A stretch of DNA of 64,000 nucleotides, from the NCBI GenBank assembly GCA_030141605.1, contig JAQGDQ010002378.1, positions 186,001-250,000 on the forward strand, read 5' to 3'. Position numbers and translations under genes: made by a program. Below are positions 13,571-28,158 of this stretch, in pieces. Below the pieces are notes generated by a model, which saw only the letters and a list, made by a program, of their open reading frames with translations, was not told where the DNA came from and did not search any database. The DNA is from Tubiluchus corallicola. Taxonomy: Eukaryota > Animalia > Priapulida. Positions within the stretch are counted from its first letter, which is position 1. Every line of letters starts with the position of its first letter.

Positions 13571-16500
13571 ATTATATCACCATCGTCGTCATCATCGTAA
13601 TTATCACTGTTACCCTAGTTTCATTATAATCATTGCAGCAAACGCCACTGCCATCACTAAATTCCGCTTCACTGTGTCCTTTGCTGCTGTCAGTAAAAAC
13701 GTCACCACAATGACTAAAACGTGTTGCAGGTAATTTGGTTTTACATATAAGATGTCTAACAAGTTTGGATTTTCAACATCTATCTACGAATGATGCACAC
13801 TAGGAGGTATTTTATTAGAATTATGTAAAATTTTTGAATTTCGAACGAAACGTCACTTAACTGCGCATTCTAATACATTTTTGGACTTAGATTTTTTTTG
13901 GCTTATGTAGACTTGTTGTAGTGTCACTCAAGAATAATGACAACAAAGGCCGTGCCAATGACAGCTGATGATTACTGTCACCAGGCGGCGTTTCAATGAA
14001 GATTTGCGCAAATCAGCGGCAAAAGCAGAATTGTTATAGGGACAGAATTTCAGAAAACTGTGACATAAAATGACGTCAAAATTTATAAAAAGGCAGTTGA
14101 AATAGAATTTTAGAAACAACAGCAACACCAACAATAACAGCTACTTCATCAGCCTGTCTGGTACATCACCCAGATTGAATATTTCTAGTACAAAAGCGAG
14201 TTAGACATTGGCAATACGTTCGTACTTAATCACAAATTCCAGAATATTACAGCAACAGCAACAACGGCAGTAACAGCAAAAAACAACAGGAACAGGAGCA
14301 GCAAAAGTAGGGCAGCAGCAGCAGCAGCAGCAGCAGCAACTGCTGTGCCAACATCAACAACCATGAAGTCAACATTTAATACTATACATAGATAACAATG
14401 ATCATTCATCTTTACATTTGAATCTGACTTTCACTCAAATTACAGACTTGCAGTATAATTATTTTCCCCATTGTGCTTCTGTGAGAATGACCTTTATTAT
14501 GATTTTTAGTTCTACTACTGACAATTCTTTTAATCACTGCCATGCCTCAGGTGTCATGATTAAACGATGACTCGCTCGCTTTACCATACAATCAAGTCTG
14601 TCACAGAAACGTGATCTTTTACACAAGTGTGGTAATTTAAAATAATCAGTGCGTTCAGATGAAAGTATTAAACTCCAGGTGTAGGGTTGATGAAAGGAGA
14701 GTGAAACAAAGCGTTATAATATTGTGAACATCGTGTAGTAAATCGTACTGAATGCAGCTGACATTCTAGCTGCCGTTGGTGTTAAAAATTTAAACAGCAA
14801 AATTAAAAATGGTGGCTGAATAAGGTCATGGGGCGTTAGTGGCAATGATAGTGTTGTTGGCGTTGATGTTTGTGTTAGTTGCGGTGCCACATGGTAGTGA
14901 ATATTGATTATGATGGTGGTGATGACAACGATGGCGACGACGACGACGACGATGATAATTTTAGTATATATTGGAACTTACAGTGTGACTACAACCGACG
15001 AGTATTGACAACTGACTGCTTTGTGGACGTTTGGTTAAGCGACGTATCGACTCTTCAGCTAGTTTTTTTTTGTTTTGCAAAATACGGTCACGTCTCTGAA
15101 TTCAAATGAGATCTGCATCAGAAGCGTCTGAGCTTCACAAAAATGATAATTCTATTTCTATGCTTGTCTACAGTACACACACACACACAGAGGAGCAAAA
15201 ACTTTAATGGTTCCCAGTTTATTTCACTTACACGTGCCTAGAAGTATATACAGCTCAGTTGCTCATTGTCCCAATGGTTGACTATATTTTTACAGCAAAC
15301 TGTAAATTTAAATTTACAAATCCCTGATGCATGATGGCATTAGTAGAAATAATCTACGAGTGTCGTAGCACTCTCCAGTGGGGACCTACTTTAGTTGGTT
15401 AACCTGTACGTTTATAAAACATATTTAGATTTAGATTAATTTATTCATCAATTTAGCACAATACAAAAGTTATACAATTACAAATTAACATTGCATTGCA
15501 GTGCTATGAGCGTAGTAGAAGAAATTAACTTATGAGCTAAGCTCAACATGGACAAGACTTAATTAATGACCTAAACAATAACAAACAAAGACGATATTAT
15601 ATTATATATATATGATATTATAAAATATCATTTAATAGTATTTTATAATAATAACTATTAGCACCTTTCAGTATAACCTGCCAAGATTACTTCTATTGCA
15701 CTTTTAAGTATGTGTACAATACTTTTCTGACCTACGTTATAATAGGTCTTTCTTTTATGGATGACTTTGATGTGCGCAATGATTACTACCCTGTTATTCT
15801 TACCTTTAGGTTTCATTATAGCTATGCATACACGGTGTATAAAGCGTTAGTTTTAGTATAATAGCTATTGCAAGTCATCACAATAGCTATTGTTGCTATA
15901 AATTTTTGGAGTACCAAAAAACAGTGGAAAAGCCTGTTTATGTTAAACAGCATAACTTAAGCAAAACAAAACAGCTCAGTTCAACAAAAAGCTAATATTG
16001 ACCAAATACCATTCTGTCGTGGAATCAACTCGTCTTGATTTTTATTGGAAAATTTTCGTTTCACAATAATTTCTGGCGTATGAAGAGACTTGATTTCGTT
16101 ACCATTCCTCACGCAATTTAATTTTCTTCAGGTAATTCAGTTTTCTGTCAAACAGTATCCACCAATCTTGCTGAATTTAGAATCGAGCTTCTTTTGTCCA
16201 CGCTCTTTGGTTGTAGCTTGAAGCCAACGAAGATCCTGAGTAATTTATTGCTACTTTTAGAAACTTGAAATCCTGCTTAAATTACACGAAAATTACAAAA
16301 CTGACTTTTTAGACACCTTGTATAAAATTTTGCAGTGACCCATTTATGTGGGCGAATTTTGCGTTTTAAATAGCTACTATAAAAAGCTATTACATATAGC
16401 TCAGCACTGCTAGTTCAGCTATTTTTGGCAAAACGCAAATTTTTTTGCTTCTTATTACTGCATTCGCTCGCATAGGTTTTATAAAGCAGGCAAGAAAGCA

Positions 16501-16859
16501 ATAAACTGAAACATAGCATGAACAAATGAACCGGGGGCTTAGTGATAATTTAGTTACAACGAGCAACCAGCCAAGAGGGCACGTAAGTTGTATAAGATCG
16601 TAAGTTAACTGACTGTATTTAAGGCTTTGAAGTCAATCCATCACCTGACAAACACCTACTTACCGTACAGGGGCATCTGTTCCCAATTATTTTTGTGCTC
16701 CGTACTGCGAATGCCTTACATCTTGCGATCACCAATAGAGACATCCTTTGCTGCTTATTAGTATCATATATTTAATTTTGGTGTAATTAGCTGATAATTT
16801 GTATGCTTCTATCCAGTTAGCTCTCTGTTATTGTGATGTTGGAACTGAAATGAATTAGT

Positions 16860-16997
16860 GGATGGATTTGATTAAGGGGTCTGTCATCAGCAAAAAGATA
16901 TGTACTGAAATCAGTAATAAGAAAGAGATCATTGATGTAGCTAAGAAAAAGCAGTTGTCCTACAGTGGATCCTTGTGGTACACCTCCGTTTGTATCC
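16860..16997 (-). mobile_element. CR1/L2-type reverse transcriptase remnant
   Basis: Minus strand reads GGVPQGSTVGQLLFLSYINDLFLITDFSTYLFADD (GVPQGS and FADD RT motifs); the flanks are decayed. Confidence 0.8.
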
Positions 16998-19860
16998 TGC
17001 GTATTAAGTGTGATATACTTTAAAATGTGGTTATTTTACATCTTTTTAAAATTGTGATGGTGCAAAAACACACAGCCTGCACCATAGTTAAATATCTGTC
17101 ACAAAGCCCCTACAAGTTTTTCAGAACATGCTACAATTTTTCGCATTTTAATCTAGATGTTGTGGCTCGCACCTGTTTCGTGCTTATGTGCTTTCTATTG
17201 CTTTGGTTTGCATTCCTTTTTTCTACCCTCGGTTTTTATTGCTGTTCGACGTGCGTTTGTGGATGGCTCCAGATTTTTTTTATTTTACCTGGACAATGAG
17301 ATTATGGTTGTACACCGTCTGCAAGTTACCGCTTTCTGCTGCAATGGGTACGTTTGGTTGTTATTTATACATGTATAGCACTGGCACTGCATTATATATT
17401 ACGAATAATAAGCATGCCTTTACCACATTTTTAAATTAGTGCATGAAAATGCTTCTCATACTTTGTAGCAGCGGCTATTGCATGCAGGATCCAGCACTAA
17501 TGTATACGTATTCCACAAAATACGTATGTTACATTTTTAATTACAGTATTATCTTATATTACGATTGCAGATGGCATTTTTGAAACAGCTAATTACAAGC
17601 TAAAATGTATTGCCCAAAATAAATATTACTGAGCGCGTTACTTCGGCGCTCGCTTAAGTGATTCCAAGGGGATATTTATCCTAGATTGCCGCTGGCGGCT
17701 GTATTCGCTTTCTATAGGAGTTGTCTTCGTTCTTGTTCGTCAATCTATCGACTTACGACAAGTTCAAACCAAAAATATCTCGGCATGATGTGAACTGTGC
17801 AACTTTACCCCTTTACCAATATGTGTAGTTTGAGAGCACCATAAATGATGTTGCTTTCTGTAGTGTCTAAACGTCTGAAAGGCTCCGATGACGATGACGA
17901 TGATGATGACAATGACGACAACAACGTGACCATAGCAACAACTACAAAAACGAAAAAATAGAACACTGATCGTGGTGAACATAAATTCCTAAGGCCCACT
18001 TCACACTGAGGACGCAAGGAAAATGACGCTTTCAAAAACACAATTGTAACAATGTTGGCTACATCATGATACTTAGACTAAAAGTAAATATATTATGAAA
18101 AAGCTTTATAAGTATAACTAAGTACACATATTGACGTTTCTTTTAGGCAAAAATAATATTTATGTTGTACATTTTTAAATAGGCTACCATTCCTAAAAAA
18201 AGTGAATTCAGTTTAAAACGTTCATAGGCCAATGTTTTTGTAAAAATCAAAAATTTGAACGTTTTACTCAGAATGCAGAAAATTAAACAAAACCTGGTTT
18301 TGGTTTCGTTTTTTCTTAAACTACGGGGTTAACTTGCCACACAAATGGTCCACTCGTGCTGCGATTGCTATCCGTACTGTTTTCACGAATCCCAAACTTT
18401 TTTATCTGATTTCCACATGAGACGTCTGTATGAAATGCGCCATAAAAAACAATGTGTTCCATGAGGAATGCCCCAAGGAATGCTCCTCACTGTAAGGTGG
18501 GCCAAAGTTTCTCAGTTCTACCGAGTTCACTTTTAAATCAACGAAAATTACGCGATGACAGCAAGAACAGTACCTGTGTACCTGAAGACACCTGGTTCAA
18601 AGCCAGCTGAGACCTTCTTGCCTTTTGCCATTTTACCAAGAGTATTTTATTTTTTATACCGTTCTGCACCTTGTGACTCATTACGAAGTTAACCTGCTAG
18701 GATGAGGTTGGACTGAATCGGCTGGGGCTGCATCTCACTGCACTCAAATCGTCTAGTCTTCGAACGTAAACATCCACAGTTCGTATGGCCAATGAAACCG
18801 CCAAGAGAGAGTATGGAACACAAGCGGTCACAAGTGATTGATTCATCTGCCTGGCGTGGCTTAGCCTTGCTCGCGAAGTACACGCCGTGGCCACTCGGCT
18901 GTTCTGCTTCCCTCATCTCAGAACAACCAACTCAGTGAAAATCACCGGTTGTTTCAAGAAAAATATTTGGACGACTGGGAATCACTGACCGCAGCATCAC
19001 CATTCTGTGGACTCACTCTGTAATTGTGTCGTCACACCGCGTAAACTTTTCCTCATAATTTATTTCCGCTGCTTCAGACTGATAAGTGAATTAGAAAAGG
19101 CACACCGCTGAAGCATCAAACAAGCGTAATGGATTTCGATCTGCACTTTTCAACAGACGTAAGAAACGCTGAAGTTTACTAAATCTCGAATAAAGGAAAT
19201 GCTCGGGGCTGCTGTGACCATAACAATACATGTTATTAGTGACAGTTTGTGTAAGAAAGTTGCTGCCTGCTAAAGCTAAGCATATTTCATCATTCGTCTT
19301 TACCTTTAGGCTTATTTTCTTTAAAGAAATGACAAGTCACTTAGCATGTTGGGTTTATTTTACTGCTATCACCTAAATGTAGAAAAATATAAGAAGTAAA
19401 ATTGCAAAAATTGTCTATAAAGCATAAAGTTAATTTTTACTTTCGCTTTATTTGAAATTTTCCGGCGCGGTGGTTGCCACCGTTCACTTGAAATTGTGGC
19501 GTAACTGGTGGACTTCGTGACTTTTCGTAAGCGCATCGTAAGTTTCCGTAAGCACGCGCTGCATAAACTAATTCAAGCTTCTGCAGCATACCTAATGTTC
19601 GAACAAAAATATCAAAAAATTAGCTGTATAATTTTTTATGAAAACTTACAGTTTTGACGGCAAATAAGAGTGGGCTGCTTTTGATGAACGATGTCATTAG
19701 GGGAAGAACAGGCCTTAAAAATAGCAGCGCCCAACCGTGAAATGATCGCGATTTTAAGGAGATTTTACTAATTACACGAAGCACTTATAGCAATTTTATT
19801 ACTAAATCTTTCTAACATTTTTGAAATAAGCCCAACTTCCTAGAGGGCCTTGCTTTTCTT

Positions 19861-19861
<1 letters not shown>

Positions 19862-19934
<73 letters not shown>

Positions 19935-19971
19935 TATAATAATAATAATAATAGTAATAATAATAGTAATA

Positions 19972-20053
<82 letters not shown>
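19862..20053. repeat. (TAA)n microsatellite
   Basis: Direct reading. Confidence 0.97.
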
Positions 20054-20054
<1 letters not shown>

Positions 20055-21993
20055 CTTTATTTAAAGATGGTTTTAAACTCAATAGACAACACTAGGCGTT
20101 TATCAGCGGCTGTAAATAACAACTACAGCTACATTACAGAATCGTTAATCCACCCAGGCAGGTGCCACGTAAAAAGTGTTTGTATTACCCCACCGTAGTA
20201 TCGAACCCGCAACCTCCCAACAGAAAATACGCTTGTTGTCCAATAAACTAGCTATGAGTGTTAAAGTTAAAACGACAAAAGCTTTTTTGACTGAGAAATT
20301 GTCAGAATTGTTCATATTTATGCTACTTATTCCATTAACCAACTGGGCATGCATTAACATACAATCATTGTGACTTTATAACATAATCAGTTGTATAGTT
20401 TTTACATCAGGTATAAGTTGGATACAAAAGTGTTTACTCAAGTTCTACTGCAAAAAGAGTTGTTATGCCTTTACATTTTGTATTATACCAAATAAACAGT
20501 TATCATCACTATGTGTAGCTGATTCATTTACTAACTGGCTACTACGACATCCGCAAATGATTATTTGCCATAATTTTTTCCTACTTTTCTCAGAATGGGC
20601 ACTTCTGGTTTTGACATCTACGGTATGCGTGATGGTTTTTCGCTTAATAAACACGTAATTTTCGTCACATCGTACTAACATAATGAAGATAAGTCATTAT
20701 CTCTAGCTGAACCGAGCACTTATCGTGCTGCAATGACGACCTAATTAATGGCTTCATTTTGAAGCTGCGAGAAATTAAACAGACCTCCAACGTTCAACGT
20801 CATATTAATTATTATGCGTTTCAGAACAACTATCGCATGCATGTCACGTGTCTGCATGTAAACTGCATGTAGGTGCAGTGGACTGCATGTCACCAACACA
20901 TTCTTGCAGTTCTAAGCGCCCGCAAATACAATTAATTTAAACACAAAAGCATGATTAACTGTGTTTAATTTTTTATTTGTGAGCAGGGAATTTACATGCC
21001 ATGATTTTTGTAAACTTGATGATGATAAGTCTGCAATTGTTAAATTGTGTGTTGTATTGCACAAAACGGAATTATTATGCCTTATAATAATAATAAGTGT
21101 TATTAGGTTTTAACAATTGAGAATTATTATAATACTGATAATTAACTGCTAGTGTTGGTCTGATTAATTGGTATAATTACTAATACAGAAAACTGCTAAT
21201 AATTAAATTATGCTAATTAATTAATATAATTAGTTTATTATATAGCAATGGTAATGTAGCAGTTATAGCAGCATTAGCTATAGTAATAGCAGTAGCTTGT
21301 ACAGTCAGTTAATAAGCCTTTTCGCAGTTCCAGCGATTGATGATGATCGTGGAAAGGTCAAAGGTTAAATGTACCAGACAACGCATTTGTGTTCACTTGA
21401 CCACACCTCGCAGTCCATGCTATTGGATTAGTAATTAATTCTAATTCATTTTCTCTTGTTCCCAAACAAGATCCCGCACAGACTATTGCACAGTTAAGTG
21501 AAGTCCACGAAAACACTGACGTTACTGAACTGGGCTTTACTTTACCCACATGTCACGTGACGATTGTAGATACGACGGGTTGCTGTGGTACACTTAACCT
21601 ACGACCTACAACAACTGCGCGTGCGCACAACGAAACTGTGAAAGCCTTATTATTGTGTAACTGACTGTTACAGTCGTAATGTAGTTGCCCAGTGCTTATA
21701 ATTACGACTAAAATAAATTTTACATTACATCGCATTGTGACAATTGCTTTTTGTTTTACATTTTTTTAAAACACATTAATTATTGTGAAGGTGCCTAACT
21801 GACTGATGTGATCAAAAACTATAAGCAACGACAATAGCTAATTAATTATTGTGGGTTTAACATTGTTTAGCATTGTTTAACATTAATTATGCTGATGTAG
21901 TGTTATAATTTATGTATAATTATGCATAATCGTTTTATGCATAATGATATTTTTGTTAGTTTATTATTATAACATGAGTGTTTTGTATTATAG

Positions 21994-22093
21994 GTTATCA
22001 GTTCGGCATGATACCATGCAAGTTGGTGTCATGGCTTCAGGGTTTGTCGGTGGCGACATCTGTGTATACTTTGGTGGCAATTTCTCTTGATAG
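21994..22093 (+). CDS. SIFamide/NPFF-receptor-like GPCR cassette A, ECL1-TM3 exon (100 nt, phase 1 to phase 2)
   Basis: TTATAG acceptor and AG/GTAAG donor; translates (x)YQFGMIPCKLVSWLQGLSVATSVYTLVAISLD(R), the rhodopsin-family TM3 with DRY split by the intron. Confidence 0.9.
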
Positions 22094-22387
22094 GTAAGCC
22101 TGCAAAAGTGGCACTGACATTTGTAAATGTAGTCTTGCAAAGTAAGTTGCCGTCTTACAGGATTGAAAATAGTTTTATTGAATGAAGTCATCAGCAACAT
22201 CCAACTTAATGGTCAGACATTTTTTGTTAACTTTTTCAGTTTAGTCAGTGTTTGCTAACTGTAGTTACCTTCTATCTATTTCCTAGCCTGTCTCCGTTTT
22301 GTTAAAACCCCGCTATATCTGACATATGTTCAACTCCAATCAGCCAACAAGTTTCATATAACTTTGTCTTTATTGTTATTTTTCCAG

Positions 22388-23123
22388 ATACTTTGCCATT
22401 TGCCACCCAATGAAATTTCAGATGACATTGAGGACAGCTAGAAAAGCTTGTGCTGCCATCTGGATTTGCGCCGGGGCGTTTTTTATTCCATGGTTTGCTT
22501 TTTTCCAAATAACTGATAATCCGTCAGCAGATCGCCAAGTAATCATACGCTACTGCATGGAACAATGGCCGAACGGGTACGAACACGCGATGAAGTGGAA
22601 TTTGTTGTTCAATGTCTTCATCCTCTGCTATGTTGCCCCACTTTTAACAATCAGTTTTTGTTACATGAACATTTTCTTGGCTGTGTGGAAAAGAGATTTA
22701 ATCGGCGATGCTCGAGAGTATGAGAATATTGTCCGTCGCCAACGGATCCAAGTCATCAAAATGCTTCTGGTGGTAGTCTTGATTTTCGCCATTTCTTGGC
22801 TACCTTTGTACGCCATCTTCATCGGCTATTACTTCAACAGTTTTGATGACGTGGCACTAAGTTACGTCAATCACGCTGTTCCCGTCCTTCAGTGGGTTTC
22901 CACTGCAAATAGTTGTATTAATCCGTGCATCTATGCCTACTTAAACCGAAAATACAGGCAAGGGTTCAAAGCCATAGTGATGAGTGGGTCTTGTTGTAAG
23001 AAGCTGAAGTATCCTGGAGACAGGATAGGACACTATACCACATCTGCAGTAAATAGTCAGAGGATCGTTTCTGAACAGACCCATGTAGATTACTGTATGG
23101 CGACTTTGAAAGACGATGTGTGA
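22388..23123 (+). CDS. SIFamide/NPFF-receptor-like GPCR cassette A, TM4-TM7 and C-tail terminal exon
   Basis: TTTCCAG acceptor completes DRYFAICHPMK; CYVAPL (TM5), KMLLVVVLIFAISWLPLY (TM6), QWVSTANSCINPCIY..LNRKYRQGF...SGSCC (TM7/H8, SIFaR-like); ends KDDV*. Confidence 0.92.
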
Positions 23124-25029
23124 AGAAAATGAAGAGGAGTTTCTGAAAGCAGCTCCACATGTCGCTAGTGTCATTGATGGTTGTGCATGATGGCGTCTAC
23201 TTGGTACTTTTCTTACATGTGACGGAGCTGCTTTTTTGTTACCAGCAACAATAACAGAAGAGAAATTTACAAGAGAACGTTTTTCTGCACAATGTGCGGG
23301 CTAAGTGTGATGTGTTCGCTTTGTAACTCGAATGGTGACTAGTTTCCAAGATTACCAATACATCTGTTAAATTATTCCCAAATAGTGTACTTGTCATAAT
23401 CCTATTTGCAGATACTGGAATGTGAGCCGAATTTTGTGATGGTCTCTTGGTCATGAAGTGAATCACAGACTATTTGTATAAAACACGCTATATTACATTC
23501 ACAAGTTCAAAGATGTTATTGCACCAATTTTAAAGCAAATGAAACTTGTGCTATTGTCTTCACGATTGGAAAATTTTGTAGCGACAAGCATGTGACCAAA
23601 TATTGTCTTCTGATCTTGCCTAGGTTGAAGTTAGTTGACAATGAAAATGATTGTACACATTAGTGTAATGAGTATGGAATATAGAAGTGTACTTGTAATA
23701 AATGAACTGATGGATTGAGCAGGCTTGTTTAGTAGCCTGTTTAGTTAACACTTGGCAGTATGAGCAATCTTTACGATGTTGTAGCTGCCTGTTATATTAC
23801 ACTATCTAATATAATGTGATGTTACCTTTGTGCAATATTTGAATGTTGTTATTAAGTTATCAGGTATCAGGGAAGATATAAATCACAATGGAGTTTGAAG
23901 CAATCTGAAAAATTATATTTTCAAGACCAGTGTATTTTTTGAGTTGCCCTCACTGTCTGATTTAGGTCTATGTTGATGTTAGTGGTATCATATGTTGTCA
24001 CTGTTTTTCATTGATTATGCTTAACGATATAATTTTTAGTCTGCTCTACGGGATGTGACCATGAGATAGTAAGAAATATTTCATGTGCATTCTCTATTCT
24101 AAAGTTGCAATACTTTCCAGCTTCTTTTGACTGAATCAGCTCTGCAGTTTGTCCGGATGTTGTACTTGGTTTTGGAATTGGCAACAAATGAATTAAAAAC
24201 CATTACTACATGGCTCTGTATCATTGTAGTTAGATCCTACACAAGACAGTAATAATATAGCTTGCAAAAAGTATTAAATCAAGTATGAACTAAACTTTCG
24301 TCATTATGAGTATCTTGGTCAATTGACTGCTGATATTATAAAATTAGGTTATAAAGTTATAAAATTATAAAGTTATTACCGTCTGCCATTTTTGGTTTTC
24401 TATCTTGCTGCAAATAGTGTCATCATTTTTTGATACACTTTCTTTACACTTAGTTTAAAATAAGGTATTGACATTTAAGGACGCATCATAAAGTTAAGTT
24501 GCCATTCCTAGAGACGTAGTTTTCTTACTAGGTGCCAATGATTGGAGAAACCGACAGAACGGTAGCTGATGTCATAGTTACTGCTTAACAGGTTTATTTC
24601 CCCAGTTTATTTCTTCTATGACAGCTCGTATAATTGTACCTTGCGATTGACTGTTCATTTATAAGTCACGCAGGACTGATACTGCTGAAAAGTCAACATC
24701 ACTAGAAATCACTTACATAAGTACCAGTATTTTTGTGGTACATTTAAGATCTATACTGTTTTATCATTAATGTGTCACATTTTTCTGGATTGGATTATTT
24801 TAACTGGCGAATCCTGACGTCATTGTTTATGAAGTGAAAGTTCATATTTGTGAAATATAAAAGTGAAACAGTATTAATCTCATATCTGTTATTATTGTTT
24901 TGTTTTCTCAGAAGTTAAGCGTGATTTTCTAAATTTTACACACGCTAGTGGTTACATGCTGCACCAGCACAAATGGTATATCTTTGGACTCTCTGATAAA
25001 TAAATTTGCTCAGCTGGTTGACTAGACAG

Positions 25030-25390
25030 GTTGGCAGTCATGGGGATTCTCAGGTATTTATACGTATCACTGACTCCCAGCATTGGAATAGGAGTCTGGC
25101 AGATCTTCCATGTGTGCTCTATTAACACTTTCATAGCCTTTCGCTGGTATGCCTTGACTAGCTTCATGGCTTTGCACTTGTTGGCGTTCAGTGTCATACC
25201 TCGTTTCGTGAAGAAGCCATTGGCTGTCTCCAACAAAACTCCCATGCCATGTTTCGAGGCTGAGATTAGGACTAGGTCATCGGTAAAACCAACTATAGCC
25301 ACTTGGTATTCGTCGATCCCATAGCCAAATCGAGAACCGACTTTCGAGATCAGTTCATCGATTACCAGGTTGAAAAGTAGATGGTTAGCT
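25030..25390 (-). mobile_element. R2-like (RLE-clade) non-LTR reverse transcriptase internal fragment
   Basis: LLFNLVIDEL...VAIVGFTDDLVLIS...GMTLNANKC...IPMLGVSDTYKYL; spacing typical of R2/R4-type RT; no flanking element sequence visible. Confidence 0.75.
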
Positions 25391-26299
25391 GATCTACTAA
25401 CCGATTGGCAGAGTCGATGATTTTCTGGTGACACAGACTGACTTTCTGCTTGAACATTTAATTTTTTTCTTATCTATGACATATGCACAAGATTTTTGCC
25501 CCAAAGAATGGGAAGCCATTTATTCTTTCTTAATTCATCATTGTTTGCTGACAAAAGTTACAAAAAAGGACTTGTAGTGCGTCACTGGCGTTAACGTAAC
25601 AAAACTACTCAAGTTTCAATTCTTTGATAGAAGCGCCATCTTTTGTTCAATCTTAATTAATTTCAAATAATACACGGTGTTAATAGGAGGTGCAGGACAA
25701 ACACAGGTAAACAGTGAAACATTTTAGGCCGCAAACATTTGTAACTGCAGTAAGAAAACTCATCTCATGCATAAAATCATCGTAACTTTATCCATTATTA
25801 AATGCAAATTAATACAAAATAAAAAACAGTATATTTCTAGGCGAAAAGGGCGCTGTATTAACCTCAGATAGTATTGAGTCAGTCGGTTAGTCACAACAAT
25901 AATGAAATATGTAAATTATTTGTGTAGCGTTAAGTGAAAGTCATAACGCAGGGCGAATCTAGATCGATTTAGCTGACAAACAGAATTCAGGATGATGCCA
26001 CGACCTGAACTGTTTTGTGACTGACGAAATGAAGCGTGTTTTATTAGCAAATTATTATTGTACAGAATACAGTTCGTAAACATTATAGTAAAAAACATTC
26101 TTTGCTATAACATTACCATGTTAATCACATCATATCATATCATGAAATAAAATTACCAATGCGGTCACCGAAAACCTCATAATAAATTTTTTAACGAGAA
26201 TCAAAACGGTTTTTAAAGTACAGTATGTCTCTAGGAACTTTCCATGATATGAAGTTACATTACTTCTGTATGCATCATTCTTATCTGTTTGAAAAACAA

Positions 26300-26625
26300 A
26301 TGTAACTAGACAAGAAATTTCTTAATAATTTTAAATGCTCGCGACAACTAGTGGAATGGCACTGCATCACCATCCCAGCGTGCACCACTGATTCACCAAA
26401 AACGTATTTTTAATCTTATTGATAATGTAAAGCAATTTATACTTTTGCTTAGTTAGCGAGGAGCGTGTTACAAATGCTCTGATTATTTTTTCGAACTTTA
26501 TGCGATGTTATCTAAATTTGTTTCAAACGACTGACATTACAATGACTGCGCCTAACGCGGGAGTTTAAATTTACGAGCTCTATACAGCGCTACTGTTAAC
26601 GTAAGCCCTGTATGCAATAAGACAG
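26300..26625. repeat. Dispersed copy of the foldback-element arm
   Basis: Colinear with 30520-30860 (ATGTAACTAG..., AAAACGTATTTTTAAT, GCGGGAGTTTAAATTTAC). Confidence 0.75.
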
Positions 26626-26964
26626 TATGTAAGCAATATGACCTTTCAAGACGATGTTTAAGCTTTATTTATGAAGAGTGTTCTCTTGTACTTTAATTTA
26701 CAATCAGCATGTAAGTGATATAAAATTTCAAGACGATTTTTTAAACTTTTGTTATGAAAAGTGTTTTCTTGCATTAGCTACTTTCAAATTTGAATAAAAT
26801 ATATCTGTCGTCTTTGCATCACTGGCGCTTTCCTCGGCAGAAAACCACAAAACCTGAATACAGACAAAACAATTAGTAATGATAAATAAAAGATATAATT
26901 AGTACCTTACTAATACAGTAATAGATCTAAACTCTAGTTTGCTAGCACAAGCTTTCTTTTAAAG

Positions 26965-27064
26965 GTTATCCGTTCTCGGATGGGGCGTGCAAAACAGTTG
27001 TCTGGCTTCAAGCTGTTTCCGTTTCCTCTTCCGTGAACACACTGGCTACCATATCTGTAGAGAG
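26965..27064 (+). CDS. SIFamide/NPFF-receptor-like GPCR cassette B, ECL1-TM3 exon (100 nt, phase 1 to phase 2)
   Basis: TTTCTTTTAAAG acceptor and AG/GTAAG donor; (x)YPFSDGACKTVVWLQAVSVSSSVNTLATISVE(R); same length and phases as the cassette A exon. Confidence 0.9.
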
Positions 27065-27417
27065 GTAAGCAAATACACACGAGCAAGGGAGGCTTGCTTT
27101 TGAAATCTGGTCTTATTAATCAGTAAGTGTTTAATATAATGAATAAGGAATAAGTCAGTCATGTTTGCTCTTTACCAACGATTAAATAAGTAAGAAAATT
27201 AGTTTGGTGACTGTCTTTTGGGAGACGATGCATGGTGGTTTAATGAATCAATTATTGATGTTATATTAAAGACGACGAAATCTCTAACAAACATGCAAAG
27301 ATTTTTAAAGCTAGTATAACACAGTACAGTATAAAACCTAATGCTGCTTAGTGAGCATTTTCTAGTTGAAACAGCCGTGAATCAGCTGAGTTCTCAAAAC
27401 TCATTAATTGTCTTTAA

Positions 27418-28080
27418 CAGTACCAGATGGGCTGCAGCCCAGCGGCCTTCGCCAGCTGAGGGGCCTTCAGAAATTAAGTGAAAGTAAATTACTGTGAAAA
27501 GTTACTAGAGCATGGGCTTTATGGGCTGCATCCCAGGGGCCTTTGCCAGTTGAGGGGCCTCCAGAGATTCTGAAAGTAAATTACTGTGAAAAGTTACTAG
27601 AGCATGGGCTTTATGGGCTGCAGCCCAGGGGCCTTTGCCAGTTGAGGGGCCTCCAGAAATTAAGTGAAAGTAAATTACTGTGAAAAGTTGCTAGAGAATG
27701 CATTAATATACTGTGTAATAATACACTGAAATTGTTTTCTTGTTCATTATTTGAACTCATTGATACTGCCAAATACACTAGCAATCTGATTACAATGACA
27801 CAATTTTAGAGGAATTGAGGTCACCTCCTGTGACAAAATTACAATTTATTGTAATTCGTATGTATTCCATGTTTTAATTTTGTAAATATCAGAATATTTC
27901 TTCTCTTTTTGTTGTGTTAAACTTTCACCCATCTACGTGGGCCTAATGTTGGCATTATTTTGTAGAATTTGAATAAGCTGATTTGAAGAATCCAACATTC
28001 ACGCTTTTTTTAATTGTCACTGGGGCCGGAGCCTCATGTATCTGTAACCCAGGGGCCTACAAAATTAAAATCCGGCCCTG
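27418..28080. mobile_element. hAT (Tip100-like) MITE with an internal 92-94 bp tandem triplication, in the cassette B intron
   Basis: TIRs CAGTACCAGAT ... ATCCGGCCCTG; flanks GTCTTTAA and GTCTTGAA (7/8 match, TSD); unit GGGCTGCA.CCC...GTTACTAGAG starts at 27429, 27523 and 27615. Confidence 0.75.
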
Positions 28081-28158
28081 GTCTTGAAAAGGATTTCTCA
28101 CTAGAGACACCTGTTGGCAATTATTGTATTGCAAAAATAATGAGATTTATATTTCCAG

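Noticed and set aside
17027-17439. Hydrophobic ORFs as the missing GPCR TM1-TM2 exon or a claudin-like exon
   Set aside because: T-rich DNA open in all three frames; no GNxxV or LAxAD motif and no convincing family signature.
18689-18916. Two overlapping minus-strand ORFs in a GC-richer patch
   Set aside because: No recognisable domain or consistent splice structure; the patch may be regulatory or repeat-derived but I cannot support a call.
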